Of a stretch of DNA of 64,000 bases, positions 35,940 through 46,799 are shown piece after piece (position 1 is the first letter of the stretch; each line of letters opens with the position of its first letter). A program made the position numbers and the translations under genes. This DNA comes from Actinomycetota bacterium (GTDB lineage: Bacteria; Actinomycetota; Actinomycetes; S36-B12; UBA5976). Under the pieces are notes generated by a model, which saw only the letters and a list, made by a program, of their open reading frames with translations, did no database searches and was not told the DNA's origin. The stretch spans positions 36,310 to 100,309 of the forward strand of contig WLPX01000003.1 of assembly GCA_009698575.1 (NCBI GenBank). Direction: 5' to 3'.

Positions 35940-36740
35940 TTAAGGCAAGTATGCCGTTTCTGCAGCTAGCGTGCGCATGGCTTTTGCAATTGTCTGGATC
36001 TTTGCATCCAAAGTTGTAAGTCCCAGTTCGAACGTTACAGCGGTGGTATCGGGGAATGTTGAGTTAACCCAGATAGTAAAAGTCCCAGTGTAGGTATTTG
36101 TTGGTGATCCAGATTTTTCACCTGGAATGCATTCGGATTTATAGCCGGTTATTTGCGAAAGGCGATCGCTGATCGTTGCCGGTCGCTCTGGTGGACAGTC
36201 AATCTGCGCATATGGCTGATGGAACACCACGATCCGAGTTGGTTGAATCTTTTGGACTGCTTGCATCAGCGCAAGAGTTTCTGGTTCACTTGCTGGACTT
36301 GGACCGCTGTAAGTTCGCGCAGTTGGATCTGAGGCTTCCCACTTGATTGGGAAATTCCGATTTATATCAACTCGGTTAGCATTACGACGAGTTACTAACA
36401 CGGCACCATCGGGATTGCCATCGCGAATTACCCAGATTTCAGATTCTTTCGATACGGCCTGAGTCAACAACTTGTCTATGACTCGCTTGCCATCCGGCTC
36501 ATCTCCATGAATTGTGCCAATAACTAGTAACGCATTCTTTGAGTCAATAGCGGATCCAATTAATCTGCATGCAGTTATCTCTACTCCATTAACCGATTTA
36601 CCTACGACAATTGTTTCCTGGCAGCCACCAGCTTTGGGACTGTTCGAATCCTGCCAAATTTGAAACGCCCAGATTCCCGCGAAAATAGCAAGTGCAGCTA
36701 ATGCGCCTTCGATAACAATTAGCCAGAGTTTCATTCGCAC
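35940..36740 (-). CDS. M14 zinc carboxypeptidase/amidase (MpaA-like), membrane-anchored
   Basis: 266 aa. N-terminal TM helix, zinc motif HGDEPDG, then NRNFP and SEPE motifs. Confidence 0.8.
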   Translation of the reverse strand: MRMKLWLIVIEGALAALAIFAGIWAFQIWQDSNSPKAGGCQETIVVGKSVNGVEITACRLIGSAIDSKNALLVIGTIHGDEPDGKRVIDKLLTQAVSKESEIWVIRDGNPDGAVLVTRRNANRVDINRNFPIKWEASDPTARTYSGPSPASEPETLALMQAVQKIQPTRIVVFHQPYAQIDCPPERPATISDRLSQITGYKSECIPGEKSGSPTNTYTGTFTIWVNSTFPDTTAVTFELGLTTLDAKIQTIAKAMRTLAAETAYLP

Positions 36741-36778
36741 GAGATGAATCTATCTGGGTAACTGGACTATGCAAATAT

Positions 36779-36814
36779 AAAAGGTCCGACACTCTGATGA
36801 ATGCCGGACCTTTT
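36779..36814 (-). terminator. Candidate intrinsic terminator after rho
   Basis: AAAAGGTCCG (36779-36788) / CGGACCTTTT (36805-36814) with a 16-nt loop. The minus-sense RNA continues UUUUAUAUUU. Confidence 0.5.
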
Positions 36815-36824
36815 AATAATTGCT

Positions 36825-38468
36825 TTAGTCGACGTTATCCATCGAATCTGATCCCATGCCACCTGGTGCTTCTGGTGTGGTTTTTTGAACCTGCATCAAG
36901 AAGTCAAGGTTGCTCTTGGTTTCCCGGAGCTTGGTTAGCAGTAATTCAAGTGATTGCTGTGAATCAAGTGCATGTAGCACGCGGCGAAGCTTCCAAATCA
37001 CCTTTAGCTCATCTGCAGCCAAAAGAATTTCTTCGCGTCGGGTACCTGACGCTTCAACGTCCACAGCTGGGAAGATACGACGATCTGCCAGGCGACGATC
37101 AAGCTTAAGTTCCATGTTGCCAGTGCCCTTGAATTCTTCGAAGATAACTTCGTCCATTCGAGAGCCGGTATCAACAAGGGCCGTTGCCAAAATTGTTAGC
37201 GAGCCACCCTCTTCGATGTTACGAGCAGCACCGAAGAATTTCTTTGGTGGATAAAGCGCAGCTGAGTCAACACCACCAGAAAGAATACGGCCGGATGCTG
37301 GTGCTGAAAGGTTGTATGCGCGACCAAGACGAGTCATGGAGTCAAGTAGCACAACTACGTCATGTCCCATTTCAACCAAACGCTTTGCGCGTTCAATTGC
37401 TAGTTCGGCAATGGTTGTGTGATCTTCAGCTGGACGATCGAAAGTTGAAGCAATAACTTCACCCTTGACCGAACGCTGCATGTCAGTTACTTCTTCAGGT
37501 CGCTCGTCAACCAAAACAACCATCAAGTGAACTTCAGGATTGTTTTCAGCAATGGCATTTGCAATGTTCTGCAAAATCATGGTCTTACCGGCCTTAGGCG
37601 GCGAAACAATGAGTCCGCGCTGTCCCTTACCAATAGGAGCAACTAAGTCGATTACTCGAGTTACCAAGTTGTTTGGCACGGTTTCAAGGCGCAAACGATC
37701 TTGCGGGTAAAGCGGAGTTAGCTTGCCAAAGTCCACGCGCTTAATGGATTCATCTGGCTCTAATCCGTTGATGGATTCGATGCGAACTAGAGGATTGAAC
37801 TTCTGTGGACGATCACCTTCACGGGGCTGCTTAACCTGGCCGGTTACTGCATCGCCTTTACGAAGTGAAAAGCGCTTAACAAGACCCATGGAAACGTAAA
37901 CGTCATTTGGACCTGGCAAGTAACCAGAAGTGCGCACGAAAGCATAGTTATCAAGAATGTCGATAATTCCTGCGACTGGAAGAAGTACGTCATCGTCAGA
38001 AACTTCTAAGTCATAGTCACGATCGCCACCACGGCTACCGCGGTTATTACGGCCGTTGCTATTGCGATCATTGCGGTCTCGGCCACGTCGGTTGTTGCGA
38101 CCATTGCGGTCGTTACGGTCGCCGCGATCATTGCGGTCGCCGCGATCATTGCGATCACTGCTTTCGCTATCGCCATCATTATTACGCGGGGCACGCTCTT
38201 CGCGATCTTCACGGGGCGCACGGTCCTCGCGAGCATTCTCCGCTTTAGCGGCACCTGCTGGGCGAGATGCGGATCGAGAGCTTCGACCGCCACCCTGTTT
38301 GGCGCCAATGGCCTTAACAAGTTCGGCTTTGCGCATTCCAGATGCGCCTTCAATTCCTAGCCCGGCAGCCATGGCCTTTAGCTCAGGAAGCAGTTTGGTG
38401 TTCAGCCCTTTATCTTGGGCAACTGTCTCGGTCACGTATGTGTCCTCTGTGTTTTGAGTAGTTTGCAA
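36825..38468 (-). CDS. rho: Transcription termination factor Rho with Arg/Asp/Asn/Gly-rich N-terminal insertion
   Basis: Walker A SPPKAGKT, with full Rho core. The longest ORF starts at TTG 38468. GTG at 38435, preceded by AGAGGA, is a better start candidate. Confidence 0.95.
   Translation of the reverse strand: MQTTQNTEDTYVTETVAQDKGLNTKLLPELKAMAAGLGIEGASGMRKAELVKAIGAKQGGGRSSRSASRPAGAAKAENAREDRAPREDREERAPRNNDGDSESSDRNDRGDRNDRGDRNDRNGRNNRRGRDRNDRNSNGRNNRGSRGGDRDYDLEVSDDDVLLPVAGIIDILDNYAFVRTSGYLPGPNDVYVSMGLVKRFSLRKGDAVTGQVKQPREGDRPQKFNPLVRIESINGLEPDESIKRVDFGKLTPLYPQDRLRLETVPNNLVTRVIDLVAPIGKGQRGLIVSPPKAGKTMILQNIANAIAENNPEVHLMVVLVDERPEEVTDMQRSVKGEVIASTFDRPAEDHTTIAELAIERAKRLVEMGHDVVVLLDSMTRLGRAYNLSAPASGRILSGGVDSAALYPPKKFFGAARNIEEGGSLTILATALVDTGSRMDEVIFEEFKGTGNMELKLDRRLADRRIFPAVDVEASGTRREEILLAADELKVIWKLRRVLHALDSQQSLELLLTKLRETKSNLDFLMQVQKTTPEAPGGMGSDSMDNVD
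38117..38152. repeat. Perfect 2 x 18-bp tandem repeat inside the rho low-complexity insertion
   Basis: GGTCGCCGCGATCATTGC occurs twice (38117-38134 and 38135-38152), flanked by degenerate copies. It encodes (DRNDRG)n on the minus strand. Confidence 0.9.
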
Positions 38469-38596
38469 TCCAGCAGTAATGCCCGAAGTTTCGGGAGAAT
38501 TTTGCGGGATTTTCGGTGAAAGAGATTCAACCGATGTCTTAAGACTAGCAGGTCGATTGCCAAGGTGTGAAATTGCAGGCTGATCCCCTGAAATCG

Positions 38597-39508
38597 CTAT
38601 TCTTGAGCAGATTCTTCCTGACTGCTCGGAATAGCTCCTTGATCTGAAACTGCTACCGGAACCGCAGTAAATCCTGATTTTGCAATGATTTCGATCGCGT
38701 CAGCTACCTGTTCCACAGTGCTTAACGCAATCACAGTTGGCCCAGCGCCACTGATACAAGCGGCAATTTCGGCAACTCGCAATTGCTCGATTAGTGCCAT
38801 CGATTCTGCATATGCCTGGGCTCGGAAAGGTTGGTGGAGCTTGTCTTCGGTGGCTTCAAGTAAAAAATCTGGATCGCCAATCATGGCTGCAACTAGTAAT
38901 GCAGCTCTCCCAGCATTAAAGGCTGCGTCTACATGTGGAATGGTCTCAGGAATTAATCCTCGAGCTTTGTGAGTATCAAGTTCTGCATCTGGAATACCTA
39001 GCACTGGAGAAACATCCGGGTGCACATTCATCGAGACTGAATTTGCTGTGCCATCATCTTCGAGCCAGGCGATGGTCATTGCTCCGAGTAAGCAAGCTGC
39101 AACATTGTCTGGGTGACCTTCGATGGCATTTGCCATTTGTAATAATTCATCTTCACTGGCTCGGGCATAAGTTAGCTCACTTGCCAGCACTAACCCAGCA
39201 ACAATTGCACCGGCACTTGAACCTAAGCCTCGACCTTGTGGAATGGCATTCTTGCATTCCACGTGAAGTCCTGAAACTTCCGTGCCAAAGGCTTTGCAGG
39301 CATCAATTATGGTTTTGGCAATTAAGTGTGTGGCGTCGGTGGGTAACTTCCCGGCGCCTTCTCCGGTAACGACAACCGTGACTAAATTGTCATCAGTAAA
39401 TTGCGCAGTAACTTGATCCCGAATCTCCAGAGCTAACCCAAGTGCGTCATAACCCGGACCCAGATTAGCGCTGGTCGCGGGAACTGAAACTGAAACTATG
39501 CGAGACAT
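38597..39508 (-). CDS. thrB: Homoserine kinase
   Basis: 303 aa with the GHMP motif GRGLGSSAGAIVAG. Confidence 0.93.
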   Translation of the reverse strand: MSRIVSVSVPATSANLGPGYDALGLALEIRDQVTAQFTDDNLVTVVVTGEGAGKLPTDATHLIAKTIIDACKAFGTEVSGLHVECKNAIPQGRGLGSSAGAIVAGLVLASELTYARASEDELLQMANAIEGHPDNVAACLLGAMTIAWLEDDGTANSVSMNVHPDVSPVLGIPDAELDTHKARGLIPETIPHVDAAFNAGRAALLVAAMIGDPDFLLEATEDKLHQPFRAQAYAESMALIEQLRVAEIAACISGAGPTVIALSTVEQVADAIEIIAKSGFTAVPVAVSDQGAIPSSQEESAQE

Positions 39509-40566
39509 TAGGCCAGCCCAAGTGCAGCTGCGGCTGCTTTGACATCAACTGGAACTACGACTGGATCCTTTGCACTTTCCAAAGCCCACTGCGTATCTTT
39601 CAAACCATTGCCCGTTACTGTACAAACAATTGTTGAACCCGCATCAACTAACCCGCGTTGGGCTTGCTGCAATAAACCGGCGACTGAAGCCGCGCTTGAT
39701 GGCTCAACAAAGAAACCTTCTTTATCAGCTAGCAATCTATAGGCTTCCAAAATTTGGTCATCTGTAACGGAATCAATTAAGCCACCGGAATCGTCTCGCG
39801 CAGCAATCGCTAAATCCCAGGAAGCTGGCTTGCCAATCCGAATTGCAGTTGCAATAGTTTCTGGTTTTTCGATTGGATGGCCAGCTACAAATGGCGCCGC
39901 ACCTGCGGCCTGGAAGCCCCAAATTTGTGGTCGCTTTGTTGCAACTTTGTCATCGTAATACTCGGTGAAACCCATCCAATATGCCGAGATATTTCCCGCA
40001 TTACCTACAGGCAAGCAATGAATATCAGGAGCATCACCCAAGGAATCGACAATTTCAAAAGCTGCAGTTTTCTGTCCCTGTAATCGAGTTGGGTTAACAG
40101 AATTGACTAGGGCAATTGGATAATGTTCAGCCAGGTCTCGTGCAATGTCTAGACAATCGTCAAAGTTGCCATCAACTTGCAGAATTGTGGCGCCATGAAT
40201 CACGGCTTGGGCAAGTTTGCCCATTGCGATTTTTCCTTGCGGAACAAGGACTGCACATTTCATGCCAGCTTTGGTTGCATACGCAGCAGCAGAAGCGCTG
40301 GTATTTCCAGTTGATGCACAAACCACAGCCTTGGCACCGTTGCGAGCCGCATCTGTAATCGCCATGGTCATGCCACGATCTTTGAAGGAACCAGTCGGAT
40401 TCATGCCTTCGACTTTTAAATAGACTTTTGCACCTGTTTGTTCGGACAAGGTGCAGGCGTAAACAAGTGGTGTGCCACCTTCACCCAAAGTAACTACAAC
40501 ATCATTTGGGGAAATTGGTAAGCGATCTCGATATTCCTCGATTACACCACGCCAGATGTGAGCCAT
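39508..40566 (-). CDS. thrC: Threonine synthase
   Basis: 352 aa with the PLP motif [10 protein letters not shown]. Confidence 0.95.
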   Translation of the reverse strand: MAHIWRGVIEEYRDRLPISPNDVVVTLGEGGTPLVYACTLSEQTGAKVYLKVEGMNPTGSFKDRGMTMAITDAARNGAKAVVCASTGNTSASAAAYATKAGMKCAVLVPQGKIAMGKLAQAVIHGATILQVDGNFDDCLDIARDLAEHYPIALVNSVNPTRLQGQKTAAFEIVDSLGDAPDIHCLPVGNAGNISAYWMGFTEYYDDKVATKRPQIWGFQAAGAAPFVAGHPIEKPETIATAIRIGKPASWDLAIAARDDSGGLIDSVTDDQILEAYRLLADKEGFFVEPSSAASVAGLLQQAQRGLVDAGSTIVCTVTGNGLKDTQWALESAKDPVVVPVDVKAAAAALGLA

Positions 40567-40568
40567 TA

Positions 40569-41858
40569 TTAAGCTCCAGCACCTTCAACGCGCATAACAC
40601 CAAGTACTTCGCGCACTGCAGACATGCTTTCAAGAGCCTCAACAGTTGCCCGCAGACGGCTTTCGGGTGCCTGGTGGGTGCGAATAATCAAAATTGCCGC
40701 GTCACCTTCGCCATCCTGGCGGACTGCTTGAATCGAGACGTCGTGCTTGGCAAATTCATTGGAAATAGCTGCGAGTACACCAGACTCATCAGCCACTTTT
40801 AAATTCAAGTAATAAGAAGTTATCGCTTCGCCAATTGGTCGAACTTCCAGATCAGCGTAAATACTCTGAGCTGGGCCAACCGAGCCGGCAATTCGATGGC
40901 GAGCTGCTGCAACTACGTCACCTACGACAGAACTTGCTGTCGGAGCACCACCAGCACCTCGACCATAAAACATAACTTGGCCTGCTGCTTCGGCCTCAAC
41001 GAAAACTGCGTTGAAAGCATCACGAACACTTGCTAATGGATGAGTGGCTGGAATCATTGCTGGATGCACTCGAACGATTACGCCCTTATCGTCTTCAGTC
41101 AATTCAGCAATCGCTAGCAATTTAATGACGTAGCCAAGTGATTTTGCTGCCGCAATATCATCAGCTGTTACTTTGGTCATTCCTTCGCGATAAACATCGT
41201 CAGCAGTTACGTTGGTATGGAAAGCTAGGCCAGCAAGAATCGCAGCTTTTGCCGCGCTATCAAATCCTTCAACGTCTGCAGTTGGATCCGCTTCGGCATA
41301 TCCCAAATCTTGCGCTTCTTTGAGGACTGCTGAGTAATCGGCGCCGTCGTTATACATCTTGGACAAAATAAAGTTTGTCGTGCCATTAACAATGCCTAAG
41401 ACTTTTGTGACTTTGTCACCAGCAAGTGATTCACGCAAAGGGCGAAGTAATGGAATCGCGCCGGCGACTGCAGCTTCGTAATATAAATCAACGCCAGCTT
41501 CTTCAGCAAGTTTGTGTAAATGAGCGCCATGAGCAGCAAGTAACGCCTTGTTTGCAGTTACAACTGAAGAACCATGCGAAATTGCTGATTCAATCAAAGT
41601 CTTTGCTGGTTCAATTCCACCGATCACTTCGATAACGATGTCTGCGCCAGAGGCAGCAAGTCCAGCAGCATCTTCGGTTAGCAACTTTGGGTCTACGCCT
41701 GGCCGAACTTTTGAGGCATCGCGAACTGCGATTCCGGTGAGCTTAAGTTCGCCGCCAATTCGAGCAGTTAAATCATCGGAGCTCTCGGAGATTAGTTGTG
41801 CTACCGAGGCGCCAACAGTTCCGCCACCTAGTAGTGCAACAGTTAGCGGGGAACCCAT
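40569..41858 (-). CDS. hom: Homoserine dehydrogenase with C-terminal ACT domain
   Basis: 429 aa. N-terminal LGGGTVG Rossmann motif. hom-thrC-thrB operon order. Confidence 0.93.
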   Translation of the reverse strand: MGSPLTVALLGGGTVGASVAQLISESSDDLTARIGGELKLTGIAVRDASKVRPGVDPKLLTEDAAGLAASGADIVIEVIGGIEPAKTLIESAISHGSSVVTANKALLAAHGAHLHKLAEEAGVDLYYEAAVAGAIPLLRPLRESLAGDKVTKVLGIVNGTTNFILSKMYNDGADYSAVLKEAQDLGYAEADPTADVEGFDSAAKAAILAGLAFHTNVTADDVYREGMTKVTADDIAAAKSLGYVIKLLAIAELTEDDKGVIVRVHPAMIPATHPLASVRDAFNAVFVEAEAAGQVMFYGRGAGGAPTASSVVGDVVAAARHRIAGSVGPAQSIYADLEVRPIGEAITSYYLNLKVADESGVLAAISNEFAKHDVSIQAVRQDGEGDAAILIIRTHQAPESRLRATVEALESMSAVREVLGVMRVEGAGA

Positions 41859-42026
41859 TTCTTCTCCTAATAAATACAGTATTAATTATCAACAGCCACA
41901 AAGCCTTTAAGTCTTTGATTCGCCTTGGTCTAAGTCTGGCAGAAAGCCCCGAAACTAGCCAAAAACAATCCATTCGTTGCCACATAACATAGGATTTGGG
42001 CAAGTAATACGATCAACGGGGTAAAG

Positions 42027-43070
42027 ATGAAAAATTCACGGTCTTTAACAATTCTGTCCAAAGTATTAATCATTTTGGGAACTTTTGCCTTAACGCTGGG
42101 CACCTTTGCTGGAATTGTCAACAACAACTTGCTCAATGGTCCAAAATTGGCTGACCACATTGAAAGCATTCGTCACGATCCCGCAGTCATATCAAAAATG
42201 AGTGTGCAACTTACTGATGTACTAATTGAAAAAGCTCCAAACGCTGCGCCATTTCGTCCCGTAATAGAAAACGCTGCTTCCAAGATTCTGGCAAGTGACG
42301 CCTTGGCGGAACCAATCCGCGCAGCTGCGGTTCAACTTCGCGATTCATTTGTAAAGGGACAAGCCTTAAAGCTTGAGTTCACAGCCACGGCAAACGTCGC
42401 GATTGAAAAAGTAAACATGTTCGCGCCGCAACTTGGGATCGAACCAATCGCTTCACTGAGCTTGGAACCACCGGCGGGTAGCATTCTTGCCACGATTAAA
42501 ACTTTACAAAGTGTGTTGAAAATTTCAGACACACTAGCAACCGCACTTCCGATTGCCGCAGTCGTTATTTTCTTGATTGTTATTTTGCTGGCGCCATATC
42601 GACGCCAAGGCGCACAGCGCGTTGCCAAGTCAGTCATGATTTCTGGTGGAATCATCGCAGGAATTAGTGCAGCCATTTGGTTGGCTACAAATATATTCGG
42701 TCGCGATCCAAATATTGGACTCTACTTGATCGCTACTTGGAATCAATTCGATGCAGCATTCTGGATTCCAGCTGCAATTTTGATTATTGCTGGTGGCATG
42801 GCTTACACACTTTTGGGTGGAGTCTTGCCAGATGTTGACGTCCCTGGTGAAGTAGTCAAAACTTGGAAGCGAATTTGGGCACGTCCGGCCAATGTCTGGG
42901 TAACTTTCGCCCGCGCAATTATCTTCGTCGCACTTGGAGCATTTATTGTCATGAACACTCAAGTTGCAGTTCGTGGCTTATTGTTCATCGGCTCTGCGTT
43001 AATGATCGCAACCGCAATTTTCGAATTTAACCGGTTACTTGTTCGCGCTATTGAAAACGAAAAGGCTTAA
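42027..43070 (+). CDS. Hypothetical polytopic membrane protein
   Basis: 347 aa with an N-terminal TM helix, a soluble Ala-rich region, then about 5 TM helices. No recognisable motif. Confidence 0.5.
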   Translation: MKNSRSLTILSKVLIILGTFALTLGTFAGIVNNNLLNGPKLADHIESIRHDPAVISKMSVQLTDVLIEKAPNAAPFRPVIENAASKILASDALAEPIRAAAVQLRDSFVKGQALKLEFTATANVAIEKVNMFAPQLGIEPIASLSLEPPAGSILATIKTLQSVLKISDTLATALPIAAVVIFLIVILLAPYRRQGAQRVAKSVMISGGIIAGISAAIWLATNIFGRDPNIGLYLIATWNQFDAAFWIPAAILIIAGGMAYTLLGGVLPDVDVPGEVVKTWKRIWARPANVWVTFARAIIFVALGAFIVMNTQVAVRGLLFIGSALMIATAIFEFNRLLVRAIENEKA

Positions 43071-44407
43071 CTCAAGCCACCGTCGAGTGCTAGCAAGTCT
43101 TCGATCGTCTCGCGGCGAAGTAGTACTTGAGATTTACCCTCATTTACACAGACTGCTGCTGGTCGCGGAATATGGTTGTAATTACTAGCCATAGACCTGC
43201 AGTAAGCACCAGTTGCTGCAACAGCTAACAAGTCACCAGGTCTAATGTCTGCTGGAAGTTGTGTGTCTCGAACGACGATATCGCCACTTTCGCAATGCTT
43301 GCCAACGACTCGTGAAATTACTGGCATTCCAGTTGAGACGCGGTTAGCAATCGTTGTCGTGTATTCCGCGTCATAAAGTGCAGTTCGGATGTTATCGCTC
43401 ATGCCGCCGTCCACAGATATGTAATGGCGCGTGATGCCACTATCAAGTTCAACGGGCTTAATGGTTCCGACTTCGTAAACCGTAATACCGGGGTTTCCAA
43501 TAATCGCGCGACCTGGCTCAACGCTAATTTTTGGAACTGGGATTTTTACTCGAGCGCACTCCGTTCGAACAATGTCCAAAATTGACTTCGCCATAGTCGT
43601 CACATCAAGTGGGTCGTCGCCAGCAACGTAAGCAATACCCATTCCCCCGCCGACATCAAGCTCACTCACTGTTAGCCCATGTCGTTGCTTAATCTGTGCC
43701 GCAAAATCAACTACCCGATGTGTAGCTAATTCAAAACCAGACGCATCAAAAATCTGAGAACCAATATGTGAATGAAGCCCAGCAAGTGAAAGTGCATCGC
43801 TTTCCATGACATTGTCAACGGCCGCCATCGCCATGCCGGAAGCTACCGAGAGACCAAATTTTTGATCTTCATGTGCGGTTGAAATTGCTTCATGGGTGTG
43901 GGCTTCGACTCCAACAGTTAGCCGTAGCAAAACTTGCTGCACAATTCCAGCACTACTTGCAATCGAATTTAATCGTTCAATTTCAATCAAGCTGTCAATG
44001 ACTACTCGCCCAATGCCAACTTCAACTGCGCGCTCAAGGTCTTTCACGCTCTTGTTATTGCCATGCATAACGATTTGAGCCGGATCAATTCCAGCTCGTA
44101 GCGCAACTTCTAGTTCACCAGCGCTGGCCACGTCGATGCCTAGGCCTTCTTGGTTAACCCATTGCGCAATTTTTGTCGTTATAAACGCTTTGCCTGCGTA
44201 ATGCACGCTGGTCTCAATGTCATCAACTTTGAACGCAGCAACATAATCTCGGGCGCGCTTTCGTACATCAGCTTCATCAAAGATAAAAACTGGAGTGCCG
44301 TATTCCGCTGCAATTTCGGTTACGGAAAGTCCAGCGATCGTAATTTCACCTGCGGAATTGCGAGTGGCCGAAGCTGGCCAAATCGCGGGATCAAGTTCGC
44401 TGGACAT
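43067..44407 (-). CDS. lysA: Diaminopimelate decarboxylase
   Basis: 446 aa. PLP-lysine region HYAGKAF, GGGMGIAY, and CESGD. Confidence 0.93.
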   Translation of the reverse strand: MSSELDPAIWPASATRNSAGEITIAGLSVTEIAAEYGTPVFIFDEADVRKRARDYVAAFKVDDIETSVHYAGKAFITTKIAQWVNQEGLGIDVASAGELEVALRAGIDPAQIVMHGNNKSVKDLERAVEVGIGRVVIDSLIEIERLNSIASSAGIVQQVLLRLTVGVEAHTHEAISTAHEDQKFGLSVASGMAMAAVDNVMESDALSLAGLHSHIGSQIFDASGFELATHRVVDFAAQIKQRHGLTVSELDVGGGMGIAYVAGDDPLDVTTMAKSILDIVRTECARVKIPVPKISVEPGRAIIGNPGITVYEVGTIKPVELDSGITRHYISVDGGMSDNIRTALYDAEYTTTIANRVSTGMPVISRVVGKHCESGDIVVRDTQLPADIRPGDLLAVAATGAYCRSMASNYNHIPRPAAVCVNEGKSQVLLRRETIEDLLALDGGLS

Positions 44408-44409
44408 GG

Positions 44410-46095
44410 TTACATCCTGTCGGGTGCACTGACACCCAGCAATTCCAAGCCATTAAAGATGACTTGGCGCGTGGCAGCACACAGCCATAATCGAGCAATG
44501 TTTAGCTCGGTAACTGGCTCATCACCCTGCGGTAAAACCCGACAAGCGGCATAAAAAGAGTGATAGCTGGTTGCTACTTCCTCGATGTAACGCGCAATCC
44601 GATGTGGTTCCCGTAATTCGGCAGCTGAGGCAACTACCCGAGGGTAATCCGCCAGGATTCCAAGCAGAGCGCCTTCTCGATCATCAGCTAATTGAGATGG
44701 ATCGAAAGTATTTGGGTCCCAGTCGGCGGTGTTGGCTGGGATCAAACCAAGGTCGGCGGCATTTCGAATCACTGAGGCGATGCGGGCATGCGCGTACTGC
44801 ACGTAATAAACCGGGTTGTCATTGGTGCTTGAAACCAATAAATCAAGGTCCAATACCAAAGGTGACTCGACTGGATAGCGAATTAAAGAATATCGCGCGG
44901 CATCTACGCCAACTTCATCTACTAAATCTTCGAGCGTGATGATATTTCCAGCTCGCTTTGAAAGCCGAACTTCTTCACCATTCTTGAGCATCTTTACCAT
45001 CTGGCCGATCAAGATCTGAATGTTCTCGTCTGGATTATCACCGGCACAAGCTGCAACTGCGCGCAAGCGATTTACATAACCATGGTGATCTGCGCCTAAG
45101 AGATAAATACATAAGTCATAGCCTCGGTTGCGCTTATCAACGTAGTACGCCGTATCTGAGGCAAAGTAAGTCAGCGCGCCATCAGCTTTAATTAATACCC
45201 GATCTTTATCGTCATCAAAATCGCTAGTGCGCAACCAAGTGGCTCCGTCTTCAACAAACATATGTCCTTGAGTTTTCAGTTTCTCGAACCCACGATCAAC
45301 TGCGCCTGATGTATGTAGAGATTTTTCGGAATACCAAACATCAAAGTGAGTGTTGAAGTTATCCAGCACCCGCTTTTGATCAGTTAGTTGCAATTCATAT
45401 GCATGATCGCGAAATGACTCGCTGCGTTCTGGTTCAGGTAGATCGAGAATCTGCGGATTTTGTTTGACAATCTGTTTTGCTAACTCAGGGATATAGGCAC
45501 CGTGATAACCGCCCTCAGGAATTGGTTCACCGAGTGCTGCGGCTTTTACTGACTCGCCGAATTTATCCATTTGTACGCCGAGATCATTTATGTAGAACTC
45601 GCGTGATGACTGTGCGCCTTCGGCTTCAAGTACGCGCGCAATTGCATCGCCAACTGCAGCCCACCTGGTATGTCCAAGGTGTAGCGGACCAGTTGGATTC
45701 GCAGAAATGAATTCAACATTGATTTTCTTACCAGCCAATTTCGTGCCACGGCCAAAACTATTTCCTTTAGCGATGATGTCCCTGGCTAATTCACCTTGGC
45801 TTGCTGCAGAGATTCTGATGTTTATGAATCCGGGGCCAGCAATTTCAATTGCTTCAACACCTGGCAATTGCTCCAAGATTGGTTGGAGTATTTCAGCCGC
45901 TGCCCGTGGATTTAAGCCGGCTTTTTTACCAATCTGCATTGCAATATTTGTAGCCCAGTCACCATGATCTAGATTCTTGGGACGTTCCACGACGATTTCA
46001 GTTGGAATATCATCAACAGAAATATTCAATTGCCCAGCGGTGATCGCAGCCTCAACTGCTGATCTGAGATGAACTGCTAGTTCCTGCGGGGTCAT
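44410..46095 (-). CDS. argS: Arginine--tRNA ligase
   Basis: 561 aa with the HIGH-type motif ANPTGPLHLGHTR. Class I ArgRS length and termini. Confidence 0.95.
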   Translation of the reverse strand: MTPQELAVHLRSAVEAAITAGQLNISVDDIPTEIVVERPKNLDHGDWATNIAMQIGKKAGLNPRAAAEILQPILEQLPGVEAIEIAGPGFINIRISAASQGELARDIIAKGNSFGRGTKLAGKKINVEFISANPTGPLHLGHTRWAAVGDAIARVLEAEGAQSSREFYINDLGVQMDKFGESVKAAALGEPIPEGGYHGAYIPELAKQIVKQNPQILDLPEPERSESFRDHAYELQLTDQKRVLDNFNTHFDVWYSEKSLHTSGAVDRGFEKLKTQGHMFVEDGATWLRTSDFDDDKDRVLIKADGALTYFASDTAYYVDKRNRGYDLCIYLLGADHHGYVNRLRAVAACAGDNPDENIQILIGQMVKMLKNGEEVRLSKRAGNIITLEDLVDEVGVDAARYSLIRYPVESPLVLDLDLLVSSTNDNPVYYVQYAHARIASVIRNAADLGLIPANTADWDPNTFDPSQLADDREGALLGILADYPRVVASAAELREPHRIARYIEEVATSYHSFYAACRVLPQGDEPVTELNIARLWLCAATRQVIFNGLELLGVSAPDRM

Positions 46096-46148
46096 ACGAA
46101 GTAAGACTACCGAAACCCTTGCGATACAAGGAAATCCGCCACCAGTTT

Positions 46149-46799
46149 CTATTCAGCCTTACTAATAACTTGGCTAACTACCGCCACCGAGTTTTCGCGA
46201 TGGGCAGCTTGTAGGGCGATTGACTCAGCAACATCCCGGTTACGTAAGGCAACGATCATGTTTCGGTGTTCAGCATTCATGGCCTTTAGATTTGCCGGGG
46301 CTGCGAAGTAGACCCCGCGATAGGCGTCAGTCGCATCCCATTGGTTTCGAATCATGCGCACAAGCCGTGGCATGTTACTCGCCTCAAAAAGTGCAAAGTG
46401 GAACCTGCGATTAGCAGCAGTAACTGCGCTGACGTCACCCGAAGTTGCGGCTGCTTCAACATCGCTCAAAATATCTTCTAGGTACTCAATATCTTCATCG
46501 GTAAGCAACGGAACCCCAACTCGAAGTGCTTCGTCTTCAAGAATTGATCGAATTCGATAAACCTCAACTAAGTCATCAACGCTTAAGTTGGCAACAAAGT
46601 AGCCACGATGCGGGTGATAAATTACCTGGCCTTCGCCTTCTAGTACCTTTAACGCTTCGCGAAGTGGTACTCGACTCACACCAAGGCTGGCAGCTAACGC
46701 ATCTTGCACCACTTGCTGACCTGGTTCAAGCTGACCCGAAGCGATCATGACACGAAGTTCGCGGAGAACTCCTTCTTGCGCGGTAACTGTTTCACTCAT
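46149..46799 (-). CDS. GntR-family regulator, FadR/FCD subfamily
   Basis: 216 aa. Winged HTH (LAASLGVSRVPLREALKVLEGEG) plus a helical FCD-like C-terminus. ATGA overlap with the upstream CoA-transferase. Confidence 0.8.
   Translation of the reverse strand: MSETVTAQEGVLRELRVMIASGQLEPGQQVVQDALAASLGVSRVPLREALKVLEGEGQVIYHPHRGYFVANLSVDDLVEVYRIRSILEDEALRVGVPLLTDEDIEYLEDILSDVEAAATSGDVSAVTAANRRFHFALFEASNMPRLVRMIRNQWDATDAYRGVYFAAPANLKAMNAEHRNMIVALRNRDVAESIALQAAHRENSVAVVSQVISKAE

Noticed and set aside
38006-38457. 115-aa (minus) and 133-aa (plus) ORFs with striking repetitive sequences ([10 protein letters not shown]..., [12 protein letters not shown]...)
   Set aside because: These are alternative-frame readings of the 18-bp tandem repeats within the rho low-complexity insertion. 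The rho frame is the one that continues into a complete Rho core.
38482-38495. CCCGAA-GT-TTCGGG inverted repeat just upstream of rho as a possible attenuator
   Set aside because: The stem is only 4-6 bp with a minimal loop, and no U-tract follows in the transcribed (minus) sense. This is insufficient to call a regulatory element.
41773-42169. Small ORFs (64-79 aa, both strands) in the hom / membrane-protein intergenic region
   Set aside because: They overlap the starts of flanking genes or the promoter region. They have no ribosome-binding sites or motifs, and the 168-bp spacer is adequately explained as a divergent promoter region.
46096-46148. Island boundary next to argS as a possible integration site (att repeat, tRNA, integrase)
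   Set aside because: No tRNA, integrase, transposase or direct repeat is seen at this boundary or anywhere in 46-64 kb. Only a weak 5-bp hairpin (CCTTG-CGATA-CAAGG) is present. Horizontal acquisition cannot be claimed from this window.
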